Source: Octopus sinensis
Taxonomy: Eukaryota
Length of the DNA stretch: 38,685 bases
NCBI RefSeq assembly: GCF_006345805.1
Contig: NW_021834936.1
Location: forward strand, 1-38,685
Direction of reading: 5' to 3'
The position numbers were made by a program, and so were the translations under genes. The notes under the pieces were generated by a model that saw only the letters and a list, made by a program, of their open reading frames with translations, made no database searches and was not told the DNA's origin. Position 1 is the stretch's first letter, and every line of letters begins with the position of its first letter. Of this stretch, positions 11,201 through 21,639 are shown in pieces.

Positions 11201-14200
11201 GACAAGGGAAAATGTTTAGTTGTTTGACCAACAAAGCTATTTCCATATTTAATAATTTTTTGAGTGGTTCAGTGCTCCACAGACCCATGAATCTTCAGTT
11301 TAATCTTCAAATAGAATCGGTATATCTGAATGATGAGACTAGGCTTTTGAATTCCAGGCACAATATGGCAAGGTAAGGGTTAGGATGGGGAAAGAAGATT
11401 CTGGAGATGCTTTTATAAGCCTTAACAGGTAACAAATGAAATTGTCAGGGCCAAATTATCTCCCCTGTTTTATGTTCAAACAGACCAGGGCTGGCCTCTT
11501 ACACCCACCCGGCAATATCATTCTTAAAGTAAACATTTACATCATTGAAATTTCAAAGCCATCACAAAGAAAACAATGCGAATAAGTGAAGCTAGGTTTG
11601 GTAGAGGAAACCGAATATTGAACAGTTTATGAAGTCAGGTGTGACTCCTTGAATGCTGGGGGTCAGTGGTTACTGAAGAATGTTTAGGGAGCCAGAATTT
11701 AACTAAAGTGTCCTGAGCAGAGCAAAACATGGCAATAGTTTTTAGAGAAATTCAACAGATTTTTGTCCTGTTTACATATTTCAGTTTGTCTTTTAGAAGA
11801 AGCATCATTAAGAAGACCGATCAGGCCAAGTGGAATCGTAGTTGTGAAAAGGCACTGATGCCGGTGACATGTAAGTGGTTGGCATTAGGAAAGGCATCCA
11901 GCTGTAGAAAACCATGCCAAATCAGACTGGAACCTGGTGCAACCCCTCAGCTTGCCAGCCATGGTCAAACTGCCCAACCCATGCCAGCATGGACAACAGA
12001 TGTTGATGATGATGATATGCAGTTGATTCCATTTTTGTTTTCAATTAACAGAAAGTATAAAATCTCAATTTCTACCATTTTAATAAGCTGAATGAAAGTC
12101 ATAATTGTTAAATTCTGAGGAGAAGAAGTCGAAAAGAATTGGAATTGTTAAATAAAACATGTCAGATGTGAAAGAGAAAAAAGAGAAAGAAAAGAGAATA
12201 CAGAGAGAAAGAAGAGTGAAAGAAAGAGAAAAAAAGAGTAAATGTAAAAAGAAAGAGAGGCAGAGAAAGAAAATGAAAGAATGTGTGAACTCACCCAATA
12301 TCTTCTGCTTTGCCTCTACTCATCACTTCATCACAGCTTTGGATTGCATGCCACTTGTTTTTGCAGACCGAACAGAATTCAAAACCACACTGAAGAAGAG
12401 AATGAGAGAAGGACAGAGAGAGAGAATGAGAGAAGGACAGAGAGAGAGAGAGAATGAGAGAAGGACAGAGAGAGAGAGAGAATGAGAGAAGGACAGAGAG
12501 AGAATGAGAGAAGGACAGAGATAGAGAGAGAGAGAGAGAGAGAGATGAGAGAAGGACAGAGAGAGAGAGAGAATGAGAGAAGGACACAGAGAGAGAGAGA
12601 GAGAGAGAGAGAGTGAGAGAATGAGAGAAGGACAGAGAGAGAGATGAGAGAAGGACATAGAGAGAGAATGAGAGAAGGACAGATAGAGAGATAGAGAATG
12701 AGAGAAGGACAGAGATAGAAATGAAAGAGAGACAGAGTAGAGAGAATGAGAGAAGGACAGAGAAGAGATGATGAGAGGAATAGATAGATAGAGAGAGAGA
12801 GAGAGAGAATGAGAGAAGGACAGAGAGAGAGAGAGAACGAGAGAAGGACACAGAGGGAGAGGAGGAGGAGAGGGGCAAAGAGAGAGAAGGAGAGAGAGAG
12901 AGAGTGAGAGAATGAGAGAAGGACAGAGAGAGAGAATGAGAGAAGGACAGAGAGAGAGAATGAGAGAAGGACAGAGCGAGAGAGAATGAGAGAAGGACAG
13001 AGAGAGAATGAGAGAAGGACAGAGAGAGAGAGAGAATGAGAGAAGGACAGAGAGAGAGAATGAGAGAGGACAGGATAGAGAGAGGAATAGAGAAGGACAG
13101 AGAGAGAAGAGATGAGAGAGAGAATGAGAGAAGACACAGAGAGAGAGAGAGGAGAATGAGAGAAGGACACAGAGAGATGAGAGGAGAGAGATGAGAGAAT
13201 GAGAGAAGGACAGAGAGAGAGAGAATGATAGGACACAGGACGAGAGAGAGAGAGAGAGAGAATGAGAGAGAGAGAAAGGGAGAGAGAGAATGAGAGGACA
13301 GAGAGAGAGAATGAGAGAAGGACAGAGAGAGAGGGAGAATGAGAGAAGGACAGAGAGAGAGAGAATGAGAGAAGGACAGAGAGAGTGAGAGAATGAGAGA
13401 AGGACAGAGAGAGTGAGAGAATGAGAGAAGGACAGAGAGAGAGAGAATGAGAGAAGGACAGAGAGAGAGAGAGAATGAGAGAAGGACAGAGAGAGAGAGA
13501 GAATGAGAGGACAGAGAGAGAGAGAATGAGAGAAGGACAGAGAGAGAGAGAATGAGAGAAGGACAGAGAGAGAGAGAATGAGAGAAGGACAAGAGAGAGA
13601 GAGAATGAGAGAAGGACAGAGAGAGAGAGAGAATGAGAGAAGGACAGAGAGAGAGAGAGAATGAGAGAAGGACAGAGAGAGAGAGAATGAGAGAAAGACA
13701 GAGAGAGAGAGAGAGAATGAGAGAAGGACAGAGAGAGAGAGAGAATGAGAGAGAGAGAAAGGGAGAGAGAGAGAATGAGAGAGAGAGAAAGGGAGAATTT
13801 TAAGAAACAACGGGGGGGGGGATTAAGTCATGGTCAAGAGAAGGATTAACCCTTTTGTTACTGTATTTATTTTGAGTTGCTCAAAATTTCTTTCAATTAT
13901 TTTAAATATAACAATGAATTTAGTAAAATAACTTAGTTTCAGCTAGTGTTAGGAACATAAATTGTGACTAAGAAGATTTTAATGAAAAACTAATGAAAAC
14001 AAGACATTTGTACTACAGAGCCAGTTTTGGCCGGGTTGGTAACGGAAGGGTTAAAATGAAGAAATGCAGCAAGTAGCCCCTACTGACCTGTGGACATTCA
14101 ACAGAGATAGGTTTAAGTTTGTCTTCTGGTGACGGGTAGAACACGTAACAGACAGTTTCACAGCCAGCTTGGGGACAGAACATCCTGTTGGGGTCCACAT

Positions 14201-17200
14201 CTACCTCTGCAATAACATTTCAATAAGAAGCCAGTCAGAAAGCCTCTAGATGGTCATTCCAACTACTAAAAATAGCAGCTAAAAAGAAATATGCACACAC
14301 ACACAAAATAAATAAAGGACATGTTAGATCACGTAGTCCGAGATAAACAGTTCCCAAAGTGAAATGAATTGGTTTTCCTCGAAGTAGAGAAAATTGTAGA
14401 GCACTTTGTCAGAGTGGAGAGGTGTATTTCCTAATGAGACCAAAAAGACAGGGGCACTTTGACAACCAATTTTTTTTATTTACTAAAAGATTAATGAAAA
14501 TATTACTCCATTTCTGGCAGGCTTTCAGATTATCCCTACCTCATGGGGAAAGAAAAGAGATTGTTTTAGTTTTGCTGCCAGTTTTCAAGCTCTTCAATTC
14601 CTGCTCAAATTGATTTCATATTTGGTGTAATGATACAATTTTATATGCTAATCACTGCTTTGAAATTCATTTTTGTAATAAATCAATAAATAAAGAGTTA
14701 TTAGCTTTTAAAGTTTGCAAATTTGGGGTAATTTTAGCCAATCGTAAGCCGCAGACACATTCATACTTGTTTCCATAGTAACAAGCCAAACATGAGAACT
14801 CTTTTGTCTGCAAGAAAGCATGTGTTGACAAATATATTCTATGCAAAAGCATGTGCATCAATGTTGTGTTCTGCTGCTTGTGCCCTGGTCGACAGATGTG
14901 CTAAAAATGACAGCCAAATAGGTCTTAAATCATACACACAGCCCTTTTTTTTTTGCATAATCATATGAATTCCTGAGTGTAGAATACAAATTTGCAAAAA
15001 AGTTTCTGAAAATTCCCCAAATAAAAAAAGTTATGAAGGGTTATAAGTCATGTATGAAGCAGAAGTTGATTCGTTTACAGTTTCATATTAAAACATGTCA
15101 CACACAAAATGACAGATATTCTAAATCCTGCTTTCTGATTGGGTGAAAATGATCAAACTTTAAACCTCTAGAACTTTTTTTTTTAAATTTTCCTTGGAAA
15201 GTGAAATATCTCTTGAGATTCAGCTTGGAAATCTATATTAATTCAGCAAATTTTAAAATTTACAATAAACTCTGGATTTTCAAAAATTGACAGCCAAACT
15301 GAAAAAATCTCAGAAAAGAGCTAAGGGATTGTTTCCGTCTGTAAAAGTATATTTTTTGTCCAAAACATTTAATTCTTAACATTTTTAGTCCTCCAAATCC
15401 TTGATTTTGTGTAAAAATTGTAAAATAAACGCCAGTTTCATGCAAGCAGTGACCTTCATTTCCAATCTTCTGTGGAAACATGCCAAGCCATGAAGAAATA
15501 TTACCTTGCATGGAAACGGATGAAGGTATTTCATTTTTTACCAGGATTACCCATAGATTAACTGGGAGGAAATGAATACCACCAATGGCTAATGGCAGAG
15601 TGCGGGAGCGAGAATACCTTTTGGTTATTTACTTACAAACAACTACTTTACATTCCAAATTCAAATACCACTGGAGTTTGCCTGTCAACTCTCCAGTAGA
15701 GACAACAATACAACAACACCGTCATCACATCACTACATCACTGCTGTTACAACAACAACATCATCATCACAATACTAAATTATTCACCTTTCTGAAAGCG
15801 TAGTCTTGAATATCTTTCAAACGTTGATCGACTGACAAGTTGTTCTATCTGTAAAGGAGACAAAGCAAAGTTAGAGCAGCAGCAGCAGCAGCAACGGATT
15901 ACATTTATCACCACAACCACCACCACCACCATCATCACAACCACCACCACCACCACAATCACCATCACCACCACCACCACCACCACCAACACCACCACCT
16001 TCACCACTACCAGCATCCTCCCTACATAACCACAGACAACGAGAGCCGATATGCTATCACTCAACTTGTTAGAAATAGCAACCACATCCCCCTCAAATTA
16101 AATGTTACTGCTTTAAAAAAAAAAAGTCATGGAACCCTTGAATGATGTAATCTTAAATTACAATGTCTAAATAAAAAAACAAGATAGTCATAGATGGAAT
16201 GTCTGATTATGGGTTTGCTAAACAACAACGTGGAGGCACATGGCTTAGTGGTTAGGGTGTCAGCATCATGATCATAAGATTGTGGTTTCGATTCCTGGAC
16301 TGGGCAACATGTTGTGTCCTTGAGCAAAACACTTCATTTCACGTTGCTCCAGTCCACTCAGCTGGCAAAAATGAGTAACGCTGCGATGGACTGGCATCCC
16401 ATCCAACTTGGGAACACATACACCATGGAAACCAGGAAACTGAGCCCATGAGCCTGGCTAGGCTTTAAAAGGGCACATTTATTATTTTTTTAAACAACAA
16501 CAACACCATCACAACAACCATCGACATCTTGGGAGAGATTCAGAGGAGGCTGACCTTCTGAAATAGGTCAATTCAATGCTAAACCTGTCATTCCCAAGGT
16601 GAACACAGCCGAGACAGGGGATCCTTGTGGAGAAAATGGCAAAACTTCCTATGGACGAAATAGGTCCAAGAGTTCCTTCCAGAACTCCATAGTCTGAATG
16701 CTACCATTTTCAACAGGAGGTGGTGGTGTTGTGCAAGCCTCCACACAGCTCCTGCTCAAACAAACCTATAATCAAAGACATCCTAGCTTCTTTTTTAAAG
16801 ACAATTGATCAAGATTTTAGGAAGCTTTGACTGCTATTTCTAGTCAACATCTTCATGTCTTTATTCAGCTAATTCATGTAACATGTCAACACAAATACAA
16901 ACACCACTTTTGTACACTTCAGGTGATGCTTTTAATAGCAACATATTCCTACCCCCCCCCCCCCCCCCCGCCTCTCTCTCTCTCTCTTTCTCATGCAGGT
17001 TAACAATAAGCACCCATCAGATCGTGTTTATTTTCATTTCTCTCCAGCATCTGAATATCTTCTGCATCCATTCTCCTGTCTCACCACATCCAGTATCTCA
17101 CTTATACAAATGCTTTGTACAGTGTTAGGAAGATGGGAAGAGAGAAAGAAAGAGAAAGATGGACAGGGAGAGATGGTGAAGCTGTAGGTTGGGCAACATC

Positions 17201-18760
17201 CAGCATAGAAGTAAGCCAAGAAGGGGCAGGGAAGGTGGATCAAAGGCAACAACAAGTGGCTCAAGCAAGTGGGATCAAAGGAAGTGGTTCAAGGAAGTGG
17301 GATCAAAGGAAGTGGCTCAAGGAAGTGGGATCAAAGGAAGTGGCTCAAGGAAGTGGGATCAAAGCGAAGTGGCTCAAGCAAGTGGGATCAGTGGCTCAAA
17401 GAAGTGGGATCAAAGGAAGTGGCTCAAGCAAGTGGGATCAAAGGAAGTGGCTCAAGGAAGTGGGATCAAAGGAAGTGGTTCAAGGAAGTGGGATCAAAGG
17501 AAGTGGGATCAAAGGAAGTGGCTCAAAGAAGTGGGATCAAAGGAAGTGGCTCAAGCAAGTGGGATCAAAGGAAGTGGCTCAAGCAAGTGGGATCAAAGGA
17601 AGTGGCTCAAGCAAGTGGGATCAAAGGCAACAAGTGGCTCAAGCACTCAAGTGGAGGGTTTTGACCAAATTTGGTGGTTGGGAACAAATTTGGTGGTTGA
17701 GAACGTTTGCAAAGTTCAGCTTCATCTGACAAGGTTAATCTTAATATCTGCGCACATTAAGTGGGAAGAAGATGTGGTAGGAAGGGGTAAAACTTGGGAA
17801 AGGTGTGAGCATGGCTGTGTGGTTCTAGGTCCTTTCCCACAGCATGGCATCATGGGCAAGTGTTTTCTTCCATAACCTCAGCTTGATTAATATTTTCAGA
17901 GAATTTAGCACATAGGAACAGGGGCAGCTGCAAGGCTGTGTGTGTGTGTGTGTGTGGATTCATATCTCTTCCCAATGTCTATTGCTGAAAGATGACAAGC
18001 AGGACAAAAGAAAATGTTGTCATTCTCTTTGAATGAAATCTCTGGCGTGATTTGTTTCATATCTAGTAAGAGACTCATTCGTCAACCCCACTGTCAGAAA
18101 TTCCACAGGCCAGTGACTAAATGATTGGTAGATTGGAACCAATGCTGTTCTTGTTCACCAATCACTAAATATAATTCTTTTGAAAAATTACAAAGTTCAG
18201 ATTCTAGGAAGTCAGGATTTATAATGGCATATACAAGAGAGAGAGAGACATAAGCTGTTGTGTACACCTCGTCAAGACATACCTGTAATAAATTGGGGGA
18301 AGAAGCAATACTAAAAGCCCTGAAGGTGAATAGTAATCTTCACTTACCTCTGGGGCATCAAATTTGCCTTGCTTTTTACACTGGGCATCAGGACAGGTAA
18401 TATTCAACACATTACCCTCTTGTATCATCACAGATAAATATTGTTTGACACACTGGAAAGTTAGAGAAAGAAATGAGAGACACTATGTGTGTGGGGGGAG
18501 GGGAGGTGCAAATACATATATTGTAGGTATATACACAGTGTATACACACACACACATATAATGTAAAGGAATAAGGATTTGGAATCCAAGCAAGACACCG
18601 TATTAGCACTCTGATACAATCTACATCTGCCTAACCACACCAAATGATACAGAATCATTTAAGATAAACAATTGAACTGTACTTCACTCAATAAGTAAAT
18701 CCTGAGTTTGCTTCATTGGATTTTATACAGCATACAGCGTATAGAATCACATGTGGGCAG

Positions 18761-18805
<45 letters not shown>

Positions 18806-20470
18806 GTCATTAAGAATGGAAAGTGCGATTTTCTTCTGCACCAAGTTTGACCGTCATTAACTCTAATATTTTATCCTGACAATTCTTTGTTTTGCAACAT
18901 TGAAGAGTTGCACCATGACTTTTCGAAATGTAATTCATGGTGTCTGATTATATTGTGAGTTTTCTCTTGTAAATCAATTTTTGCGAACCAATGGATAGAT
19001 CAAAAATTCGTGTTGTTTATGAATCTGAGTTCCATTGTGGAACCAATGCATCCCTGACAGCTTGAAACATCAATGAGGTGTTTGGTGAAGACCGGGGCGA
19101 ACGAGCACGCTGTACGTCAATGGTTTGAGAAGTACTGGTCTGGTGACGTTACTCTTGAAAATAAGCCCCATGGTAGACCAGAGACCGAGGTGGATAATGA
19201 TGAGCTGGAAAGTGCAGAGGAAGCAGATACATCTCGAACTACGTGTGAGTTAGCAGCAAAGTTTGATGTTTCGATTCCAATTGTATTGGATCATCTGAGA
19301 CAAATCAACAAAGTAAAGAAGCTGGACAAGTGGCTACCACAGAAGCTGGACAAGTGGGTACCACAGAAGCTGGACAAGTGGCTACCACAGAAGCTGGACA
19401 AGTGGCTACCACAGAAGCTGGACAAGTGGCTACCACAGAAGCTGGACAAGTGGCTACCACAGAAGCTGGACAAGTGGCTACCACAGAAGCTGGACAAGTG
19501 GCTACCACAGAAGCTGGACAAGTGGCTACCACAGAAGCTGGACAAGTGGCTACCACAGAAGCTGGACAAATGGGTACCACAGAAGTTGGACAAGTGGCTA
19601 CCACAGAGCTGGACAAGTGGCTACCACAGAAGCTGGACAAGTGGCTACCACAGAAGCTGGACAAGTGGCTACCACAGAAGCTGGACAAGTGGCTACCACA
19701 GAAGCTGGACAAGTGGCTACCACAGAAGCTGGACAAGTGGCTACCACAGAAGCTGGACAAATGGGTACCACAGAAGTTGGACAAGTGGCTACCACAGAAG
19801 CTGGACAAGTGGCTACCACAGAAGCTGGACAAGTGGCTACCACAGAAGCTGGACAAGTGGGTACCACAGAAGCTGGACAAGTGGGTACCACAGAAGCTGG
19901 ACAAGTGGGTACCACAGAAGCTGGACAAGTGGCTACCACATGAACCGAACCAGCATCAAATGACACATCATCTTGAAATTTGCTGTACTTTGTATATAGC
20001 TCAAGTATTCCCCCCATGTGTCATTGCATACAGCTCAAGGAAAATTTCTGTGAAATTTTTTTTTCGCAATTTGAAATAGAATCCAACACAAACGTCTGAC
20101 TCCTCTAAATTCTTAACTGTTTAACTTATGACAAACCACTCAGGGCACTAAACATATGCTCACTCAAGTACATGATGGCACTGGTATTAGATTGAGGGTC
20201 ACTCATATAGAGTCGTGAGTAGTGTACCAAGTGGTTGGTGTCTTGTTTTGAAAGTTGCTCTTCTTTTTGGACAGACCTTGTAAAGTGTAGTTTATTGCAG
20301 AGTGGTGCAAACAAAAATAAAATAGATGAACACCCAAACATTAACAAATAATAACAATAATAATAATAATAATAATGAATAATAATAATAATAATAACAA
20401 TAATAATAATAATAATAATAATGAATAATAATAATAATAACAATAATAATAATAATAACAATAATAATAA

Positions 20471-20504
<34 letters not shown>

Positions 20505-20571
20505 TAATAATAATGAATAATAATAATAATAATAATGAATAATAATAATAATAATAATGAATAATAATAAT

Positions 20572-20610
<39 letters not shown>

Positions 20611-20952
20611 TTAACGTCCGCTTTCCATGCTAGCATGGGTTGGACGGTTCAACTGGGGTCTGGGGAGCCCGAAAGCTGCACCAGTCCAGTCAGTTCTGGC
20701 AGTGTTTCTACAGCTGGATGCCCTTCCTAACGCCAACCACTCCGAGAGTGTAGATAATAATAATAATAATAACAATAATAATAATGAATAATAATAATAA
20801 TAGGCTGAACTCACTGCTTCGCAGTAAAGACATCTGCAATCTCGGATCTCATACATCTCTTGCAGCGAGCACTCTGTCAAACATAGCTTGCATGTAATTA
20901 AAGGATCTATAGCCAGTTCTACAGTGTTCTTACTTCCAGAGTAAGTAGCCAT
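811..20952 (-). CDS. RNF144A: RNF144A/B-like RBR (RING1-IBR-RING2) E3 ubiquitin ligase, spliced, 7 coding exons in window, 3' end (TM exon) outside the window
   Basis: Joined exons give 251 aa: [28 protein letters not shown]...CRCLYCEA|CVKQYL...CPDAQC...|IEQLV...|[16 protein letters not shown]...CPQ|[14 protein letters not shown]...|...[38 protein letters not shown]|[30 protein letters not shown]. This closely matches vertebrate RNF144A as I recall it. All junctions are GT-AG with compatible phases. The A versus B paralogue cannot be assigned for an invertebrate. Confidence 0.93.
1270..1470 (+). mobile_element. 5'-truncated 3' end of an R4/Dong-like non-LTR retrotransposon
   Basis: 1270-1368 translates [32 protein letters not shown], the LQKxxLLGTARIxR terminus typical of R4-clade ORFs. 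About 100 nt of 3' UTR follows, and both sides are (AAT)n. Confidence 0.75.
1481..1576 (-). mobile_element. tRNA-derived SINE family A, 3' part only
   Basis: Matches the copies at 5272-5487, 29075-29292 and 29307-29493 (acatcgaccccagtactcaactggtacttattttattgac). Confidence 0.8.
1577..1893 (-). mobile_element. RTE-clade LINE fragment (post-RT region), frameshifted
   Basis: [32 protein letters not shown] / [28 protein letters not shown] are RTE-type motifs. Confidence 0.85.
2371..2515 (-). CDS. RNF144A: RNF144-like coding exon 6 (RING2 with catalytic Cys, 145 nt)
   Basis: ctctcaacag|T ATC...GAT|gtaagc; [48 protein letters not shown]. Confidence 0.95.
2775..3035 (-). mobile_element. Interspersed repeat family D (probable RTE 3' tail or partner SINE, (ATG)n tail)
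   Basis: Shared ttaacgtccgctttccatgctagcatgggttggac and ctacagctggatgcccttcctaacgccaac blocks recur near 4380-4530, 11140-11200, 11860-12015, 20611-20757, 28300-28507, 31150-31322 and 37560-37630. Confidence 0.75.
4876..5210 (-). mobile_element. tRNA-derived SINE family B
   Basis: ctgtggccatgctggggcactg...agacacttgcctaaggtgccatgcagtggaactgaacc; many copies in the window. Confidence 0.8.
5272..5487 (-). mobile_element. tRNA-derived SINE family A, near full length
   Basis: Minus-strand head GGTGGTGAGCTGGCAGAGTGG (A box-like) and GAGTTCAAATTC (B box), (ATT)n tail at 5241-5271. Confidence 0.82.
5503..9213 (-). mobile_element. Tx1/L1-clade non-LTR retrotransposon (ORF2 plus 3' UTR), same orientation as the host gene
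   Basis: APE, RT and CCHC domains in order. About 280 nt 3' UTR ending AATAAAAAAGAATTG then (ATT)5. GC- and CpG-rich against an AT-rich host. Confidence 0.93.
5783..9213 (-). pseudogene. LINE ORF2 (APE endonuclease-reverse transcriptase-zinc knuckle), multiple frameshifts
   Basis: ATG 9213 [14 protein letters not shown]...VAAISET...YAP...GDWN...SYLDRVF...GPGYWKLN; RT: [30 protein letters not shown]; [14 protein letters not shown]; stop TGA 5785-5783. About 1140 codons spread over several frames. Confidence 0.92.
9751..10000 (+). mobile_element. SINE family B, interrupted by the hammerhead-bearing element
   Basis: ggtgcaagcatggctgtgtg...gggttcagtcccactg head. The family sequence resumes at about 10459 (aagtaccaggctttaaagaa). 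Confidence 0.8.
10088..10133 (-). ncRNA. Minimal type I hammerhead ribozyme motif (Penelope-like)
   Basis: GACAC-CUGAAGA-A-GGCUG(gaggguacau)CAGCG-GAAAC-GUU/GUGUU. Stem I GACAC:GUGUU, conserved core, stem II with a terminal G.G mismatch, palindromic AACGUU in place of stem III. Confidence 0.65.
10365..10410 (+). ncRNA. Degenerate second hammerhead motif
   Basis: CTGATGA-A-GGCTG(gagggtatat)CAGTC-GAAAC-ATT. Core and stem II are intact, the cleavage triplet region and stem I are mutated. Confidence 0.5.
11860..12015 (+). mobile_element. Repeat family D copy
   Basis: ttggcattaggaaaggcatccagctgtagaaa...cccatgccagcatgga...gatgatgat. Confidence 0.75.
12295..12389 (-). CDS. RNF144A: RNF144-like coding exon 5 (IBR C-terminal part, 95 nt)
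   Basis: cttcttcag|TGT...GG|gtgagt; [31 protein letters not shown]+2 nt. Confidence 0.92.
12398..13796. repeat. GA-rich compound satellite, core GAGAATGAGAGAAGGACA plus variable (GA)n
   Basis: Direct reading, about 1.4 kb, abuts the exon 5 acceptor. Confidence 0.95.
13850..14050. mobile_element. piggyBac-type MITE
   Basis: TTAA|CCCTTTTGTTAC...GTAACGGAAGGG|TTAA, 201 bp, second copy at 23750-23960. Confidence 0.88.
14088..14206 (-). CDS. RNF144A: RNF144-like coding exon 4 (IBR N-terminal part, 119 nt)
   Basis: ttattgcag|AG GTA...CAG|gtcagt; (E)[39 protein letters not shown]. Confidence 0.92.
15788..15848 (-). CDS. RNF144A: RNF144-like coding exon 3 (61 nt)
   Basis: CTAAC branch site, then tctcctttacag|ATA...AAA G|gtgaat; [20 protein letters not shown]+1 nt. 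Confidence 0.9.
15908..16015. repeat. (CAC/CAT)n trinucleotide repeat
   Basis: Direct reading. Confidence 0.9.
16230..16480 (+). mobile_element. tRNA-derived SINE family C
   Basis: A box TGGCTTAGTGG, B box GGTTTCGATTCC, body ttgtgtccttgagcaaaacactt; inverted-orientation copy at 36935-37097. Confidence 0.8.
17234..17652. repeat. 28-bp minisatellite (GGAAGTGGCTCAA+GGAAGTGGGATCAAA subunits), about 15 units
   Basis: Period 28 read directly (gatcaaaggaagtggctcaaggaagtgg). Confidence 0.92.
18348..18452 (-). CDS. RNF144A: RNF144-like coding exon 2 (RING1 C-terminal part, 105 nt)
   Basis: ctttccag|TGT...GAG|gtaagt; [35 protein letters not shown]. Confidence 0.93.
18803..19990 (+). mobile_element. 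Mariner transposon relic (5' TIR-like end, HTH region, 3'-truncated)
   Basis: TA|TCAGGTCATTAAG...GTGCGATTTT end; MDRSKIR...; [32 protein letters not shown]...[34 protein letters not shown]...HE. Confidence 0.88.
19317..19939 (+). repeat. 24-bp minisatellite AGAAGCTGGACAAGTGGCTACCAC x26
   Basis: 623 nt = 26x24-1, with one 1-nt deletion near 19607. Confidence 0.95.
20345..20610. repeat. Compound (AAT)n/(ATC)n microsatellite
   Basis: Direct reading. Confidence 0.95.
20611..20757 (-). mobile_element. Repeat family D copy
   Basis: See 2775-3035; begins 58 nt downstream of the exon 1 donor. Confidence 0.75.
20815..20952 (-). CDS. RNF144A: RNF144-like coding exon 1 (RING1 N-terminal part, 46 aa)
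   Basis: ATG at 20952 in GTCATGG context. Acceptor ttttcag ends 8 nt upstream (exon starts at 20960), donor GCA|gtgagt, phase 0. Confidence 0.92.
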
Positions 20953-21639
20953 GACAGGAGCTGAAAAGACAACAACAACAACAACATCAGCAACAATAGA
21001 GAGAGAAAGATTAAGAAATCAAATAACAAACATATCACATTTTAATGACAAGGGGTGGAAAACTGAGTTCATCTGAACTGATCTTCGCGTATTACTGGTA
21101 CTTATGCAGTTAAGCTAAAATAAAGACCTTATACAAAAGAAAGGGCAAAAACTAAATCCCATTTTTCAGGTGTAGATGTTGCAGGGATGAGGGTTCCTTT
21201 CAACACCCTCTCACCCACACACTAAATGACAAAATTCTCCACCCTTAATCATGAATGACTACATTCCACCCGTAAATCTTTTGAGGTTTTTTCCCATCAT
21301 TTTTTTGTTTCATATTTTTAATGAAACATATTCCAAGCAACTGTTAACTTTGTTCTTCTTGTACAAAGTAGAATTGTCATTTTTAAATGTGTTTGGAATT
21401 TGGTAAATGGCCACCTGAGTAACTGTGAAATGTGATTATGATGTCAGATTATGTGACATCCTTCACTTAAATGATCTGCACCAAATGAATTGACCCATTT
21501 GGCACAGGGTTATCCTTCCATCTAGTCTCAAAAAAAAAAAGTTAGGTAGTTTTTTAACTGAAAGAATCAGCTAAGTATTATTTCATTTTCTACCATTTTC
21601 CCATAAAAAAGTATATACATGTGTGTGTGTGTGTGTGTA

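Noticed and set aside
12291-13810. Long Ser/Leu-rich ORFs of 285-495 aa
   Set aside because: Translations of the GA satellite. Only the last 95 nt (exon 5) are coding.
16952-16969. C18 run as a regulatory G-quadruplex
   Set aside because: Simple homopolymer beside a (CT)n tract; its length is unreliable in assemblies and nothing else supports a function.
17115-17875. Gly/Ser/Lys/Trp-rich ORFs of 131-228 aa
   Set aside because: Translations of the 28-bp array, antisense within an intron.
19073-20079. ORFs of 100-296 aa with perfect 8-aa repeats as a novel repeat protein
   Set aside because: Product of the 24-bp array inside a broken mariner whose true start is frameshifted upstream.
20126-20610. 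Poly-Ile/Leu/Tyr/Met ORFs
   Set aside because: (AAT)n/(ATC)n microsatellite.
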